Positions 30,608 to 41,098 of a DNA stretch of 41,098 bases are shown here, piece by piece. Each line of letters begins with the position of its first letter. The first letter of the stretch is position 1. Position numbers and translations under genes: made by a program. The DNA lies in assembly GCA_033764315.1 (NCBI GenBank), contig JANRJA010000076.1, positions 1-41,098 on the forward strand. The letters are read 5' to 3'. The stretch comes from Oculatellaceae cyanobacterium bins.114 (GTDB taxonomy: Bacteria > Cyanobacteriota > Cyanobacteriia > Elainellales > Elainellaceae). A model generated the notes under the pieces. That model was not told where the DNA came from, searched no databases, and saw nothing but the letters and a program-made list of their open reading frames with translations.

Positions 30608-31411
30608 ATGGGACTATTTGACCGTGTTAGCCGAGTCGTTCGGTCTAATCTGAATGCTGCTGTTAGCTCCGCTGAAGATCCAGAAAAGATTTTGGAGCAA
30701 GCGTTGATTGATATGCAGGAAGACTTGATTCAGTTGCGTCAAGCAGTGGCAAGTGCGATCGCCAGCCAAAAGCGAGTACAACAGCAACACAATCAAGCTC
30801 AATCAGAAGCTAATAATTGGCAGCAGAGAGCACAACTGGCTTTGCAAAAAGGGGATGAGAGCTTAGCACGGGAAGCATTGAGCCGTCGCAAAGTTCAACT
30901 TGAGACAGCCACTGCTTTAAAGACGCAGCTCGATCAGCAAACTACTACCGTGGATACGCTGAAGCGCAACCTGATTGCCCTAGAAGGCAAGATTGCGGAA
31001 GCCAAGACTAAGAAAGATATGTTGAGAGCACGGGCTAGTGCGGCTAAAGCGAATGAGCAGTTGCAAAGCACCGTTAACAGCATGGGCACCAGCAGTGCAA
31101 TGGCAGCATTTGAGCGGATGGAAGAGAAAGTGCTGCAAATGGAAGCTCGCTCGCAAGCTGTTGCTGAGTTGGCAGGTGCTGATTTAGAAAGCCAATTTGC
31201 TGCGTTAGAATCTGGCAGCGATGTGGATGCCGAACTAGAAGCGATGAAAGCTCAACTTTTGGGTGGAGCCTCGGCTAACCAGGCGCAATTGCCTGCTACT
31301 CCTGCTCCTCAGTCGGCTGCTACGTCTCCATCAACGGGCACCCCTGCTAGTCCAGATCCAACCGTTGATGCTGAGTTAGAAGCCCTTAAAACTCAGTTAG
31401 ATCAGCTTTAA
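30608..31411 (+). CDS. vipp1: PspA/IM30 family protein with C-terminal extension (VIPP1)
   Basis: MGLFDRVSRVVRSNLN, EDPEKILEQ, AFERMEEKV, linker plus final helix VDAELEALKTQLDQL. Confidence 0.92.
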   Translation: MGLFDRVSRVVRSNLNAAVSSAEDPEKILEQALIDMQEDLIQLRQAVASAIASQKRVQQQHNQAQSEANNWQQRAQLALQKGDESLAREALSRRKVQLETATALKTQLDQQTTTVDTLKRNLIALEGKIAEAKTKKDMLRARASAAKANEQLQSTVNSMGTSSAMAAFERMEEKVLQMEARSQAVAELAGADLESQFAALESGSDVDAELEAMKAQLLGGASANQAQLPATPAPQSAATSPSTGTPASPDPTVDAELEALKTQLDQL

Positions 31412-31438
31412 GAGCAACGTTTACAACATTACTTCTAG

Positions 31439-31489
31439 TCGAGAAGGTGTGGAGAAAGTCAACTCTTTCCTCTATGCCTTCTCGATTTT
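31439..31489 (+). terminator. Probable intrinsic terminator hairpin
   Basis: TCGAGAAGG ... CCTTCTCGA followed by TTTT, between convergent genes. Confidence 0.6.
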
Positions 31490-31511
31490 GATGTGGGTTC
31501 TAGGTTCATGC

Positions 31512-32108
31512 CTAAACCGGATTGAGTAACCCTGCCCGCTCTAAAATTAATTTTGTAGGAAAGGACTGCATCCAAGCTGGAGTCTGACGGAAGCTGTCGT
31601 TACTGGGTTTTGAGGTGTAAAGCAGCAAGCACTGATTTTGTTCGACCGTGACACTGGTTTCGGTCAGGGCAAACTGCTCAGGCACAGGAGCAATGACAGG
31701 AGGCTCGATGAAAATTAATTGTTGGGAAGAGTTGACTTGATCCACGGAGGCATCAATCAACAAAGTAGAGTTGGCGATCGACACCAGGATACCCAAGTGA
31801 CCTGTCCACCGACTAGCATTGCCCATGCCAAACCCTAACCCAACGGAACAGGAATTATCTTGCTGATTCCACATTTCTAACTCATTGCCCTGTGGGAAGC
31901 GACCCATACGATGAACATTAGCTGCATAGGGTTGGTTCATTACAAGAGCTGTATTGGGGATGGGACGAGCTTGAATTCCTAGCTCGTTAAAGACTTGGAG
32001 CAAATATTTGCTAGTAGCAATACAGGACTCTCGAACATAGCCCCGCAAAATTTCTTCTCTAACTAGACGAGAAATTGATGTAAGAGATTCTAAGCTGACT
32101 GTTCTCAT
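31512..32108 (-). CDS. Hypothetical protein, possible transglutaminase-like Cys-His-Asp fold
   Basis: SCIATSKYL..LGIQARP, WTGHLGIL, LLIDAS; AAGGA RBS upstream. Confidence 0.6.
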   Translation of the reverse strand: MRTVSLESLTSISRLVREEILRGYVRESCIATSKYLLQVFNELGIQARPIPNTALVMNQPYAANVHRMGRFPQGNELEMWNQQDNSCSVGLGFGMGNASRWTGHLGILVSIANSTLLIDASVDQVNSSQQLIFIEPPVIAPVPEQFALTETSVTVEQNQCLLLYTSKPSNDSFRQTPAWMQSFPTKLILERAGLLNPV

Positions 32109-32599
32109 GACAAAGATGTGTCCTTGTAACCATTACCCTGATGCCTACTCTGATGGAGCGATCGCCCAGCTCTGTAACTAGAAGTAGCTTAAGCGGTCTT
32201 TGAGGCACTTAAACAATGGGCAAGTGCAACAAAGTTAATCTTAGCGTTTACAGAATTTAACACGGTGTGATAATTCACAAAAATGGTGAACATTAGTGTG
32301 CCTGAAATAGGATGGCGATCGCGTCTATCTGGAGACCGAATGCGCAACTTTTCTATACATTTGCCAAAAAGGTTAAATAGCAAAGCGATCAGATTTTCCG
32401 ACGATTGGGCGATCAAGCCAGGTAAGCTAGAGATATCGATATCAAAATATCAAACGTAAGGGCGTTGCTCGATTTTGGGATAGGTTTGGCTAAAAAAACC
32501 AGGTCTCCATAAAGCAATACCAACTCGTAACAAATGAGTAACGATTAATTCCGTCGAACGGATCTGGCTTCAGTTCTGTGATCTCAATAGTGATTTCTC

Positions 32600-32935
32600 A
32601 TGAGTAGCGTCGTCCTTAATCTTTCCGATTCCGAGTTTGCTACAGAGGTGCTGAGTGCAAAGCAACCTGTCCTGGTTTATTTTTGGGCACCTTGGTGCGG
32701 CCCTTGTCGTTTAATGGCTCCTGCCATTGATTGGGCAGCCAATTACTATGGCGATCGCCTTAAGGTGGTCAAAATGGAGGTTGATCCCAACCCTGAAAGT
32801 GTGGCTCGTTGTAATGTGCAAGGAGTTCCCGCTTTAGTGGTGTTTAAAGAGGGTGAACCCGTTGAAACCATTGAAGGTGCGATTAACAAACAAAAATTAG
32901 AGGAACTGTTGAGCCAACAGTTAACAGTTGTCTAG
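32600..32935 (+). CDS. Thioredoxin (resembles x-type)
   Basis: VLVYFWAPWCGPCRLMAP, KMEVDPNP. Confidence 0.92.
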   Translation: MSSVVLNLSDSEFATEVLSAKQPVLVYFWAPWCGPCRLMAPAIDWAANYYGDRLKVVKMEVDPNPESVARCNVQGVPALVVFKEGEPVETIEGAINKQKLEELLSQQLTVV

Positions 32936-32967
32936 TTAACAGTTGTCTAAAGAAGAGTGAGGCGTCC

Positions 32968-34140
32968 ATGCAATTTGCAAAACGACTAGAACCCCTGCAA
33001 GCCAATGTTTTTGCCGATATGGATCGAGCTAAAGCAAAGGCAAGGGCAGCGGGTCTAGAGGTGATTGATTTGTCGTTGGGGTCTTCTGATTTGCCAACCC
33101 CACCGCATGTCTTAGAGGCGATCGCCCAGTCGTTAGACGATACCACGACGCATGGATACCTGTTATTTCACGGCACTCGGTCGTTCCGGCAAGCCGCTGC
33201 CCACTGGTATACCCAAAAGTTTGGGATTGCGGTTGATCCAGAGACAGAGGTGTTACCTCTGATTGGCTCTCAAGAGGGGACAGCCCATTTGCCTCTGGCG
33301 GTGATTAATCCAGGGGATTTTGCTTTGTTACAAGATCCGGGCTATCCCTCTCACGCGGGTGGGGTCTATCTTGCCAGTGGGCAAATTTATCCTATGCCGC
33401 TCACCGCTGAGAACCATTTTTTGCCCGTGTTTGAGGATATCCCGACCCCTGTTTTGGCGCAGTCGCGAATGATGGTGTTGAGCTATCCGCACAATCCTAC
33501 AACGGCGATCGCCCCTCTTTCATTTTTTCAACAAGCCGTTGCGTTTTGCCAACAACACAACCTGGTTTTGGTGCACGATTTTCCCTATGTTGATCTGTAT
33601 TTTGCGGGAGAAGCACCGCCCTCAGTGTTGCAAGCTGATCCTGACAAAAGCGTCTCCATCGAATTTTTTACCATGTCGAAGTCTTACAACATGGGTGGTT
33701 TTCGAGTCGGGTATGCGATCGGCAATGCCGATTTGATTCGAGCACTGCGGCAGGTCAAAGCAGCCGTTGATTTCAATCAATATCAAGGCATTCTAAATGG
33801 GGCGATCGCCGCTTTAACCCAATCTCAGGAAGGCGTAGATATGGTGGTTGATACCTTTCGTCAGCGGCGTGATGCCTTTATTCATGCCTTGCATCAGATT
33901 GGCTGGCAAGTTCCCACTCCCACTGCGACGATGTACGTGTGGGCAAGGCTTCCAGAACCCTGGGTCACTGATTCCATCCAGTTTTGCACCCAACTTGTAG
34001 AAGCAACTGGAGTTGCCGTTTCTCCGGGGGCTGGGTTTGGCAAATCTGGGGAAGGGTATTTGCGCTTTGCTTTAGTGCATGAGCCAGCGGTTCTGACAAC
34101 AGCGGTCAAACGGATTGCTCAATTTATGGAAATTCGGTGA
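32968..34140 (+). CDS. Class I/II PLP aminotransferase (LL-diaminopimelate aminotransferase-like)
   Basis: GSQEG, DPGYP, YPHNPT, SKSYNMGGFRVG. Confidence 0.88.
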   Translation: MQFAKRLEPLQANVFADMDRAKAKARAAGLEVIDLSLGSSDLPTPPHVLEAIAQSLDDTTTHGYLLFHGTRSFRQAAAHWYTQKFGIAVDPETEVLPLIGSQEGTAHLPLAVINPGDFALLQDPGYPSHAGGVYLASGQIYPMPLTAENHFLPVFEDIPTPVLAQSRMMVLSYPHNPTTAIAPLSFFQQAVAFCQQHNLVLVHDFPYVDLYFAGEAPPSVLQADPDKSVSIEFFTMSKSYNMGGFRVGYAIGNADLIRALRQVKAAVDFNQYQGILNGAIAALTQSQEGVDMVVDTFRQRRDAFIHALHQIGWQVPTPTATMYVWARLPEPWVTDSIQFCTQLVEATGVAVSPGAGFGKSGEGYLRFALVHEPAVLTTAVKRIAQFMEIR

Positions 34141-34202
34141 TTGCGGAGTATTCTAGGAGGTAAACTTTACAGCACCCATCTTTAATTCATCTTTCTAAGG
34201 TT

Positions 34203-35228
34203 ATGACCGCATCCCAACCAAATCTTCTAGAGCTTGCAAAACAGGGAGATGCCACTGCGATCGCTGCCCTGATGAATCGTCATTTGCAACCCAAAGGGGT
34301 AACTGCAACGGCAACCTTAGAAGATGGTTGTTTGCAAGTTGCTCTAGAGTCTCAACAAGTGCCCAACCAGCCCAGTTTGACTGAGTTCATTCAAAAGGGC
34401 GTGACTAATTTGGGCGTCGATGTGATCAAGCGGGTCAGGGTCTATGGGGTGCAAACTGGAAAAATTACACCTGTTTGGGAACAAGATATTCTTTTGAAGC
34501 CCTATGCAGCGGTGCCAGACTTGCCACCGATTGAGGCACCTCTGCCAGCTGCTGAAGAGATTGTTCCTTCAATGCCGGATATGGATGTGGACGTATTAAA
34601 CGATGGCTCTGGCTCTAGCTCTGAGCAGAAACCAGGAGTTGGAACTTTTCTCAGCCGACATTGGAAAGTGATTCCCATGATGGTGATTGCTGCCCTGATT
34701 GGGTTTGCAGCCGTTGTGTTTATTTTAAGCCGAAGTCAGCGATCGCCCGACCCCGTGGCAGACTCTCCTACCCCTGCGGCAGATCCGGCTACAGCTTCTA
34801 CGTCACCCGTTCCTACGTCACCCGTTCCTACGTCACCTGCTCCCACGACTGCTAGCCCAGCCGCTCCTACAGGTACTCCAAGCCCATCCCCCTTGGTTAA
34901 TGCGGCTTCTCCACCTCCAACGACCAGTATCCCTGCCTCCCCTGGGGCGATCGCCACCTCGCCAGCAACTACAGCTAGCCCCACTACAGCAGCGACTCCC
35001 TATCAACAAGCATTAGAGGTTGGCTACTCGGCTGCGGTCAAAACTCAAGACGCCAGAACGCGATCGCAGTGGAGTGCCGTTGTCTCTGAGTGGCAGCAGG
35101 CGATCGAGTTGCTGGGTAGTGTGCCCTCAACGAATACTAATTACGCCACAGCCCAACAAAAAATCACAGAATATCAGCGCAATCTGAGCTATGCTCAGCG
35201 GCGTTTGCAAGAGACAACGGCTCCATAA
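34203..35228 (+). CDS. Hypothetical bitopic membrane protein with a Pro/Thr-rich linker
   Basis: N-terminal LLELAKQGDATAIAALMN domain, one TM helix, PTSPV repeats (15-bp x3 at 34798-34842), helical C-terminal domain. Confidence 0.8.
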   Translation: MTASQPNLLELAKQGDATAIAALMNRHLQPKGVTATATLEDGCLQVALESQQVPNQPSLTEFIQKGVTNLGVDVIKRVRVYGVQTGKITPVWEQDILLKPYAAVPDLPPIEAPLPAAEEIVPSMPDMDVDVLNDGSGSSSEQKPGVGTFLSRHWKVIPMMVIAALIGFAAVVFILSRSQRSPDPVADSPTPAADPATASTSPVPTSPVPTSPAPTTASPAAPTGTPSPSPLVNAASPPPTTSIPASPGAIATSPATTASPTTAATPYQQALEVGYSAAVKTQDARTRSQWSAVVSEWQQAIELLGSVPSTNTNYATAQQKITEYQRNLSYAQRRLQETTAP

Positions 35229-35269
35229 GCTCAGACTAAAGGATGCTAAGAGAATGGCGTTTAAAGACG

Positions 35270-35665
35270 CTATAGCAATCCTTCTAGTCGTCTGCGAATG
35301 GCATCTAAATCATTAGATGATAAGTCGGCTGGTTCTTCTTTTTCGTCGAGGTCAACTGTGGGCGATCGCTCACCCTCTGCTTGCCAATCAGTTTGCTCCA
35401 CATTGGTTTCAGGGGGCACCGCTAACATGCCTTCTGGCACCATTTGGCATTCATAATTGGCACTCTCGCAAAACTCTTTGATTTCCTCTGATTCAAATGC
35501 CTCAACTGTGGGGTTTCCCATGTCCTGAGCCTCTAGCATCAAGCCAAAGCGAGTGGCATCATCTTCGGTCTCAAACATTAAGACAACATTGCGATCGCCC
35601 ACTTTTAACGTATGGATTCCCTCATTATCAGTGCGGGCATTAAACAGCAGAACAAACACACGCAT
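35270..35665 (-). CDS. DUF3110 family protein
   Basis: MRVFVLLFNARTDNEGIH, FETEDDATRF, LDAIRRRLEGLL; likely start ATG 35665. Confidence 0.85.
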   Translation of the reverse strand: MRVFVLLFNARTDNEGIHTLKVGDRNVVLMFETEDDATRFGLMLEAQDMGNPTVEAFESEEIKEFCESANYECQMVPEGMLAVPPETNVEQTDWQAEGERSPTVDLDEKEEPADLSSNDLDAIRRRLEGLL

Positions 35666-35838
35666 AGGACAAACTAAAAAATTCACGAAACATTTCAGCA
35701 ATCTTACTGCGTCTATCGTAGTGGGGATCGGCCCTAATCACTCAACATAAATTTTGAATCAATGCTGACTTCATTAAGCCGTTGTAGAAGACTAAATTTG
35801 ATGCGCTATAGTCTTTTCGGTGAGACTGTGAGGGCAAT

Positions 35839-38800
35839 ATGACCAATTCCCCAAACCCAGAGAGAGAGCCTAGACCTGCTGTTAACCGCCGTCGCCGGAG
35901 ATTGTGGGTTCGGGTTGGGCTGGGGGTCGGTGCGGTTGCCTTTGTTGGCGGGGTGATTGGGGCCCGTCAAGCGTGGCTTTTTATTAATAATGATCTGGCT
36001 CCTTTGATTGAGCAAAATTTGGGTCAAACGCTCAATCGTCCGGTCAATTTAGGCACAGTAGAGAGCGTTTCACTGGGGGGCTTAAGATTTGGGGCATCGG
36101 AGTTGCCACCGACCGCAAGCGATCGCGACCAGGTAAAACTAGAAGCTATTGAAGTTCAGTTTAATCTGTTAGAGCTGCTGTGGACGCGCACCCTGCGATT
36201 AAGTCTCACGTTAGTAGAGCCAGTCTTATTTGTTGACCAAGCCGAAGACGGAGCCTGGATCACTACCCAACTGCAATCTGAAGAAAAAGAGGGGTTCATT
36301 AAAACTGAACTGGATGTGATTCGGATTCAAGATGCCACGTTGGTGTTAGAACCTGCTCCTCAACTGACAACCGAGTCAGGAGAACCTGCTGGATTTGAAG
36401 AAACCACCAAACGTCAAGTCACATTACAAAATATCAACGGGACAGCAAACTTTAGCGAACGCAACAAACGAGTCGCATTTGACACGACTAGCGTGCTGCT
36501 CACAGGCGGAGATCTGCGGTTACGCGGAGAAGCCGATCTCAACACCCAACAAACCAACTTGGTTGTGATGGCACAAGACTTGTCTGCTGCTGATATTAGT
36601 TCTCTGTTGCCCTTACCTTTGATTCTTCAAGAGGGGCGATTGGCGGCCAACCTGGAGGTGCAGTTGCATCCCGATTCCCCACTGGCCATTCAAGGGGTCG
36701 CTCGATTTCGCGATGTCAACGCCATTATTGTAGATGTGCCCAATCGCTTTACCCAAGCCAATGGGCAGTTACGGTTTGACGGTCAGATGATTGCCCTAGA
36801 AGATGTGAGGGCACGCTATGGGCTGGTTCCGGCTCAGGTCAGTGGCACTCTGCACACTCAAAATGGTTACAACATAGCGGCGCAGGTTCGATCGGTCAGT
36901 GTGACTGATCTGCTCAAAACCTTTGATCTAAATCTGCCTGTGCCAGCTAGTGGTGCCCTCAATGCTGACCTGCGCTTGACTGGGGCACTCACCCAACCGC
37001 TGATTACTGGGGTGGCTTCTAATAACGGTATTGTGAGGGTCGATCGCGTTAATATTTCAGAGCTGCAAACGCGATTTAATTTAACCCCTCGTGCGCTCAC
37101 GTTTGAGACAGTCGATGTAACGCCAACCGAGGGAGGAGCCATCACAGGGGGCGGTCAGCTTGCTTTTGGTGAGGCGGGGGGCTTGGATTTTGCCTTTCAA
37201 GCGAGAGACTTGCCGGGAGATGCGATCGCCCGACCCTATGGGTTAAATTCTCCAAGCATCACTCTGGGGCGTCTGGCCGCCGATGTTAAAGTCACAGGGC
37301 CAGTTGATAATTTTCAAGCGGTGGTGCAATGGCGAGCACCCAACGGCACCTATCCAGGGCAGGGTGACATCATCATCACCCAAAATCTGACCCGGTTTGA
37401 AAACACTAACTTGCGGGTGGCCGGTGGCACTGCTACCGCCAGTGCACAGATTGCCGAGGGGCGATGGCAAGCCGTAGTCAATGCTGCCAATATTCGCCTC
37501 AACGCATTTTCTCAAGAATTGCGGGGCTTGTTTAGTGGCGACTTGCGGTTGTCAGGCAGTTTAGCTCAACTCACCCCAGCCGGGGTGCGAGCCGAGGGAC
37601 AAGTTCGGCTTTCAGAGGGGGTGGCGATTTTAGAGCGACCGCTCACCGCTTCTATTGCTTGGACGGGCGATCGCTTGTTAGTTCGTCAAGCCACGGCTCC
37701 CGGCTTTAGTGCCAACGGATTTCTCTTAGCGCAGTTACAGGGAGAAGGTGCTCCGGCTCTGACGGGCTTAAATCTCAATGTCAACCTGCAAGACTACAAC
37801 GTTGCAGATTTGCCAATCCCAGTTCCCCCCCAATTTCAACTGCGAGGACAAGCCGATTTTAACGGCCAAATAACTGGGACTCCGACTGCCCCAGTCGTAG
37901 ATGGGCGGCTGGGTCTAAATCGATTAGCCGTTAATGATCTGCGATTTGAGTCCCCGCTACGGGGCACCTTCCGCTATGCCGGAGGGCAGGGCTTAAACTT
38001 GAATGTCGCAGGTGAAGAGGATCAACTGATTGCCCGGTTAGATGGCACCAATCGCCCAACTTATTTCTTAGTCCGCCAAAATAATTCTCTGGTGGCTGAG
38101 CAATATGGCATTGAGGATGGAGCCTTGTTTGCAGAGGGAACAGGGCAAGGCAATAATCGCCTCAATGTAACGGTTCGCAATTTACCGTTAGAGACGCTGA
38201 ATCTAAGTGCAGGTGAAGGATTTGGGGAATTAAGAGGGTTGGCAAATGGCACTTTTGACATCAACTTAGCTAACCTCAATAACCCGATCGTAGTGGGCAA
38301 TGTGGCGATCGCCCGTCCTGCTCTGGGTTACATCAACGCCAACACCACACGAGGACAGCTCAACGAAGTTACGGGACAGTTTCGCTATGCGGATGGAGTA
38401 GCAACAATCCTATCTCCGTGGGAGTTTCGTCGCGGCAACAGTGTCTATCAAATTACATCAGGCAGCTTCCGTGTGGGGGAAGGGGCTCAATTTGAAAGCA
38501 CCATCAATATTCAAAACGGGGATATTCAAGATGTTTTAACTGCCTTTCAATGGTTTGACTTAGAAGATCTGGGTCGAGGTCTTGAGGCACCCACAGCTTA
38601 TAGGGCAGGAGTCCTGAATACAGTGGCGATCGACACGTTTGGAGACACGATCCTCAATCAGCTACGACGTTACTCCGAGATCGTTGCCCTTTTAGAACAA
38701 CAACGGGAGGTAGAAGACATGTCTAATCTGCCTGACCTGGAAGATTTAAAGGGAAATTTTACGGGCAGCATTACTGTCTCTAGCACTCCTCAAACGGGGT

Positions 38801-40881
38801 TGAATGCAAATTTCAACATATCTGGTCGAGAATGGACTTGGACCCGCTATGGCATCGATTGCGTCATTGCCGATGGTGACTTTACAAACGGGGTTTTAAC
38901 CTTGCGACCCTTCCGACTGCAAGGGTTAACCTATCGCAACATCGGACTGTTGCCAAGGCGTGAACCGTCTGCTCCGGTTGGTACCACCCCAGATAGTAAT
39001 CCGACCAGTGACCCGACCACCCCTGCCACCTCTGATCTCTGCGTGAATCAACCTGGTTCAGCCTTCCTGGCGTTTTCAGGGCAGGTTGGTGGGGCACAAC
39101 AAAATGGTCAACTCCAGGCGCAGAATGTTCCCGTTGAAGCCCTGCGTGACTTCTTTGAACTTCCTGTCGATCTGACGGGTAACCTCAATGCGATCGCCAC
39201 CTTGGCAGGGAGTCTGCAAAACCCTCAAGTGGATGGTGAGGTTGGGGTAACAGATGCGACCCTCAACCGAACCAACGTTCAAGAAGCAGGTATTCTTTTT
39301 GGTTACAACAATGCCAGATTATTGTTTAGTGGCAGAGTTGTCGTTGCAGAACCACAACCCCTCACCCTCAGTGGCAGCATTCCTTATCGCTTTGCCTTCA
39401 TGGATGAAAATCTGAATCCCGGTGAGGATATTAAGCTGAATGTAGATGTTCAAAATGAGGGATTAGCCCTGTTAAACCTGTTAACTCGTCGCCAATTGGT
39501 GTGGGATGGGGGGCAGGGAAACGTGCAACTACGAGTTGATGGCACTCTCTCTCAACCACGGGCAACTGGAATTGCCACCTTTGAGAATGCCCAGTTTTCG
39601 GCACAAGCTTTGCCAGAGCCATTAACCAACGTCAACGGCAGAATTTTATTTAACACGGACAGCATTCAAGTAGAGAAATTAGAAGGTCAATTTAGTAATG
39701 GGCGGATTGAGGCTCTGGGAGTCTTGCCTATCTTTAGAGCTGCTAACGCTCTGCCCCCGACTCCAACCCCAACAGCCCTGCCAACAGCCCCTCCTGAGAC
39801 ACCCGTTCCATCTTCTTCACAACCCCTGACAATCAGCTTGACAGGGTTAGCACTCAATCTTAAAGGCATTTACAATGGTGGCGTTAATGGTCGGGTTGTC
39901 TTGACTGGTAGTGCTCTGGCTCCTCGCATTGGTGGCGGCATTATCCTGAGCCGGGGTCAAGTCTTTTTGCCTGAGACGTCTCAAGCAACGGCCCCTATTA
40001 GTAGCTCATCTCCTGAAACCAATCAAGGGTTTGCCACCGTCCCTCCACAACTCAATAACCTGCGGCTAACGTTGGGCGATCGCCTCCTGATTACCCGTGA
40101 ACCCATTCTCAACTTTGTGGCAACGGGTGATCTTTTTATCAATGGCACAGCCGGAAATCTGCGTCCTAAAGGCGTGATTCGCTTACAAAGTGGGCAAGTG
40201 AACTTGTTCACCACTCAATTTAACCTGGCCCGCGGATACAATAGCCAAGCAACGTTTACCCCCAATCGCGGACTTGATCCCTTTATTGACGTCCGTTTAA
40301 GTACCTCAGTGATTGAGGTGACTCGCGCCCCAGCCGTCTTTCAAACGGCAGCTCCCTATGCTCAATCTGAAGTAGCTGACGTGCCGATCGGTGATTTTGG
40401 AGCCTTTCAAACTGTTAGAGTTCAAGCTAGTGTTCGTGGACAGGCAAGTGAATTGTTTGATAATTTGGAACTCTCTAGTAGCCCTAGACGCAGCGAAAAC
40501 GAGATCATTGCTTTGTTGGGCGGCAGTTTTATCAACACCCTGGGACAAGGAGATAGCACATTAGCGATCGCCAACTTGGCCGGATCAGCCCTCCTCACCA
40601 ATGTGCAAAACATCGTCAGCAATGCACTGGGTTTAAGCGAGTTTCGTCTATTTCCTACTACCACTGTTGATGAAGACCGAGCATCTAGCTTTGGGTTGGC
40701 AGCCGAGCTTGGAGTCGATATTACCGACAATCTCTCCACATCTGTCCTGCAAATTTTGACCGATGAAGTTCCCACCCAATTCAACGTCCGCTATCGCCTC
40801 AACGAAGAATTTTTATTGCGGGGGTCAACTAACCTCTCAGGCGACAATCGTGCTGTGCTCGAGTTTGAGAGACGATTTTAG
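35839..40881 (+). CDS. tamB: Translocation/assembly module TamB (DUF490) family protein
   Basis: N-terminal TM anchor, long beta-taco-like repeats, C-terminal LSSSPRRSENEIIALLGG ... LEFERRF. Confidence 0.88.
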   Translation: MTNSPNPEREPRPAVNRRRRRLWVRVGLGVGAVAFVGGVIGARQAWLFINNDLAPLIEQNLGQTLNRPVNLGTVESVSLGGLRFGASELPPTASDRDQVKLEAIEVQFNLLELLWTRTLRLSLTLVEPVLFVDQAEDGAWITTQLQSEEKEGFIKTELDVIRIQDATLVLEPAPQLTTESGEPAGFEETTKRQVTLQNINGTANFSERNKRVAFDTTSVLLTGGDLRLRGEADLNTQQTNLVVMAQDLSAADISSLLPLPLILQEGRLAANLEVQLHPDSPLAIQGVARFRDVNAIIVDVPNRFTQANGQLRFDGQMIALEDVRARYGLVPAQVSGTLHTQNGYNIAAQVRSVSVTDLLKTFDLNLPVPASGALNADLRLTGALTQPLITGVASNNGIVRVDRVNISELQTRFNLTPRALTFETVDVTPTEGGAITGGGQLAFGEAGGLDFAFQARDLPGDAIARPYGLNSPSITLGRLAADVKVTGPVDNFQAVVQWRAPNGTYPGQGDIIITQNLTRFENTNLRVAGGTATASAQIAEGRWQAVVNAANIRLNAFSQELRGLFSGDLRLSGSLAQLTPAGVRAEGQVRLSEGVAILERPLTASIAWTGDRLLVRQATAPGFSANGFLLAQLQGEGAPALTGLNLNVNLQDYNVADLPIPVPPQFQLRGQADFNGQITGTPTAPVVDGRLGLNRLAVNDLRFESPLRGTFRYAGGQGLNLNVAGEEDQLIARLDGTNRPTYFLVRQNNSLVAEQYGIEDGALFAEGTGQGNNRLNVTVRNLPLETLNLSAGEGFGELRGLANGTFDINLANLNNPIVVGNVAIARPALGYINANTTRGQLNEVTGQFRYADGVATILSPWEFRRGNSVYQITSGSFRVGEGAQFESTINIQNGDIQDVLTAFQWFDLEDLGRGLEAPTAYRAGVLNTVAIDTFGDTILNQLRRYSEIVALLEQQREVEDMSNLPDLEDLKGNFTGSITVSSTPQTGLNANFNISGREWTWTRYGIDCVIADGDFTNGVLTLRPFRLQGLTYRNIGLLPRREPSAPVGTTPDSNPTSDPTTPATSDLCVNQPGSAFLAFSGQVGGAQQNGQLQAQNVPVEALRDFFELPVDLTGNLNAIATLAGSLQNPQVDGEVGVTDATLNRTNVQEAGILFGYNNARLLFSGRVVVAEPQPLTLSGSIPYRFAFMDENLNPGEDIKLNVDVQNEGLALLNLLTRRQLVWDGGQGNVQLRVDGTLSQPRATGIATFENAQFSAQALPEPLTNVNGRILFNTDSIQVEKLEGQFSNGRIEALGVLPIFRAANALPPTPTPTALPTAPPETPVPSSSQPLTISLTGLALNLKGIYNGGVNGRVVLTGSALAPRIGGGIILSRGQVFLPETSQATAPISSSSPETNQGFATVPPQLNNLRLTLGDRLLITREPILNFVATGDLFINGTAGNLRPKGVIRLQSGQVNLFTTQFNLARGYNSQATFTPNRGLDPFIDVRLSTSVIEVTRAPAVFQTAAPYAQSEVADVPIGDFGAFQTVRVQASVRGQASELFDNLELSSSPRRSENEIIALLGGSFINTLGQGDSTLAIANLAGSALLTNVQNIVSNALGLSEFRLFPTTTVDEDRASSFGLAAELGVDITDNLSTSVLQILTDEVPTQFNVRYRLNEEFLLRGSTNLSGDNRAVLEFERRF

Positions 40882-40893
40882 AGAAACAAGAAA

Positions 40894-40957
40894 GGTAGTC
40901 CTCTAAAAGTAACGATTTTTGAGTAAGGATATGCCGTGCGGAGCGTGACATATCCTT
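40894..40957. mobile_element. MITE family A, second copy, interrupted
   Basis: Near-identical to 20164-20227. Confidence 0.75.
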
Positions 40958-41098
40958 AGTTCGGTTTAAGAGCCTAGCGAATAAATTCGCGGCTATCAGA
41001 GCGAAGTTCGCCTTCGCGAACTACAGAAAATCAAGGGTTGAGTGAACCGACGCAGGTCGGTTTTGCTCCTGTAGTTGCGGTTTCAACCGCCAAAATCC
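40958..41098. mobile_element. MITE family B, second copy (inverted, runs off the window edge)
   Basis: Reverse-complement match to 22128-22265. Confidence 0.78.

Overview
Cyanobacterial chromosomal DNA: the HIP1 octamer GCGATCGC is frequent and the window carries acsF, vipp1 and ftsH2. It is mostly housekeeping genes: a partial UPF0182 gene, gcvH-gcvP, acsF, two thioredoxins, fabG, aroC, cbiG-cobJ, a DUF318/DUF1980 pair, ftsH, vipp1, an aminotransferase, DUF3110 and tamB. Three things stand out. (1) An integrase-less integron-like island lies between fabG and aroC (17935-20060), read on the minus strand. It has an attI-like site, three attC sites with canonical box and extrahelical-base geometry, two homologous gene-less cassettes and an inverted MNT-HEPN toxin-antitoxin cassette. 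A run of short palindromic units sits where intI would be expected, and a truncated Uma2 gene bounds the island on the left. (2) A chromosomal ParM/ParR-like pair (14215-15494) has no plasmid context. (3) A 2180-aa protein combines a coiled coil, an acidic disordered region and an Hsp70/actin-like fold, and carries an in-frame A10 run that could yield a truncated isoform by slippage. The window also has an unannotated 49-aa ORF behind a perfect NtcA box, at least two MITE families with target-site duplications, and opposed tandem-repeat arrays. All calls come from reading the sequence and recognising motifs; no searches were run.
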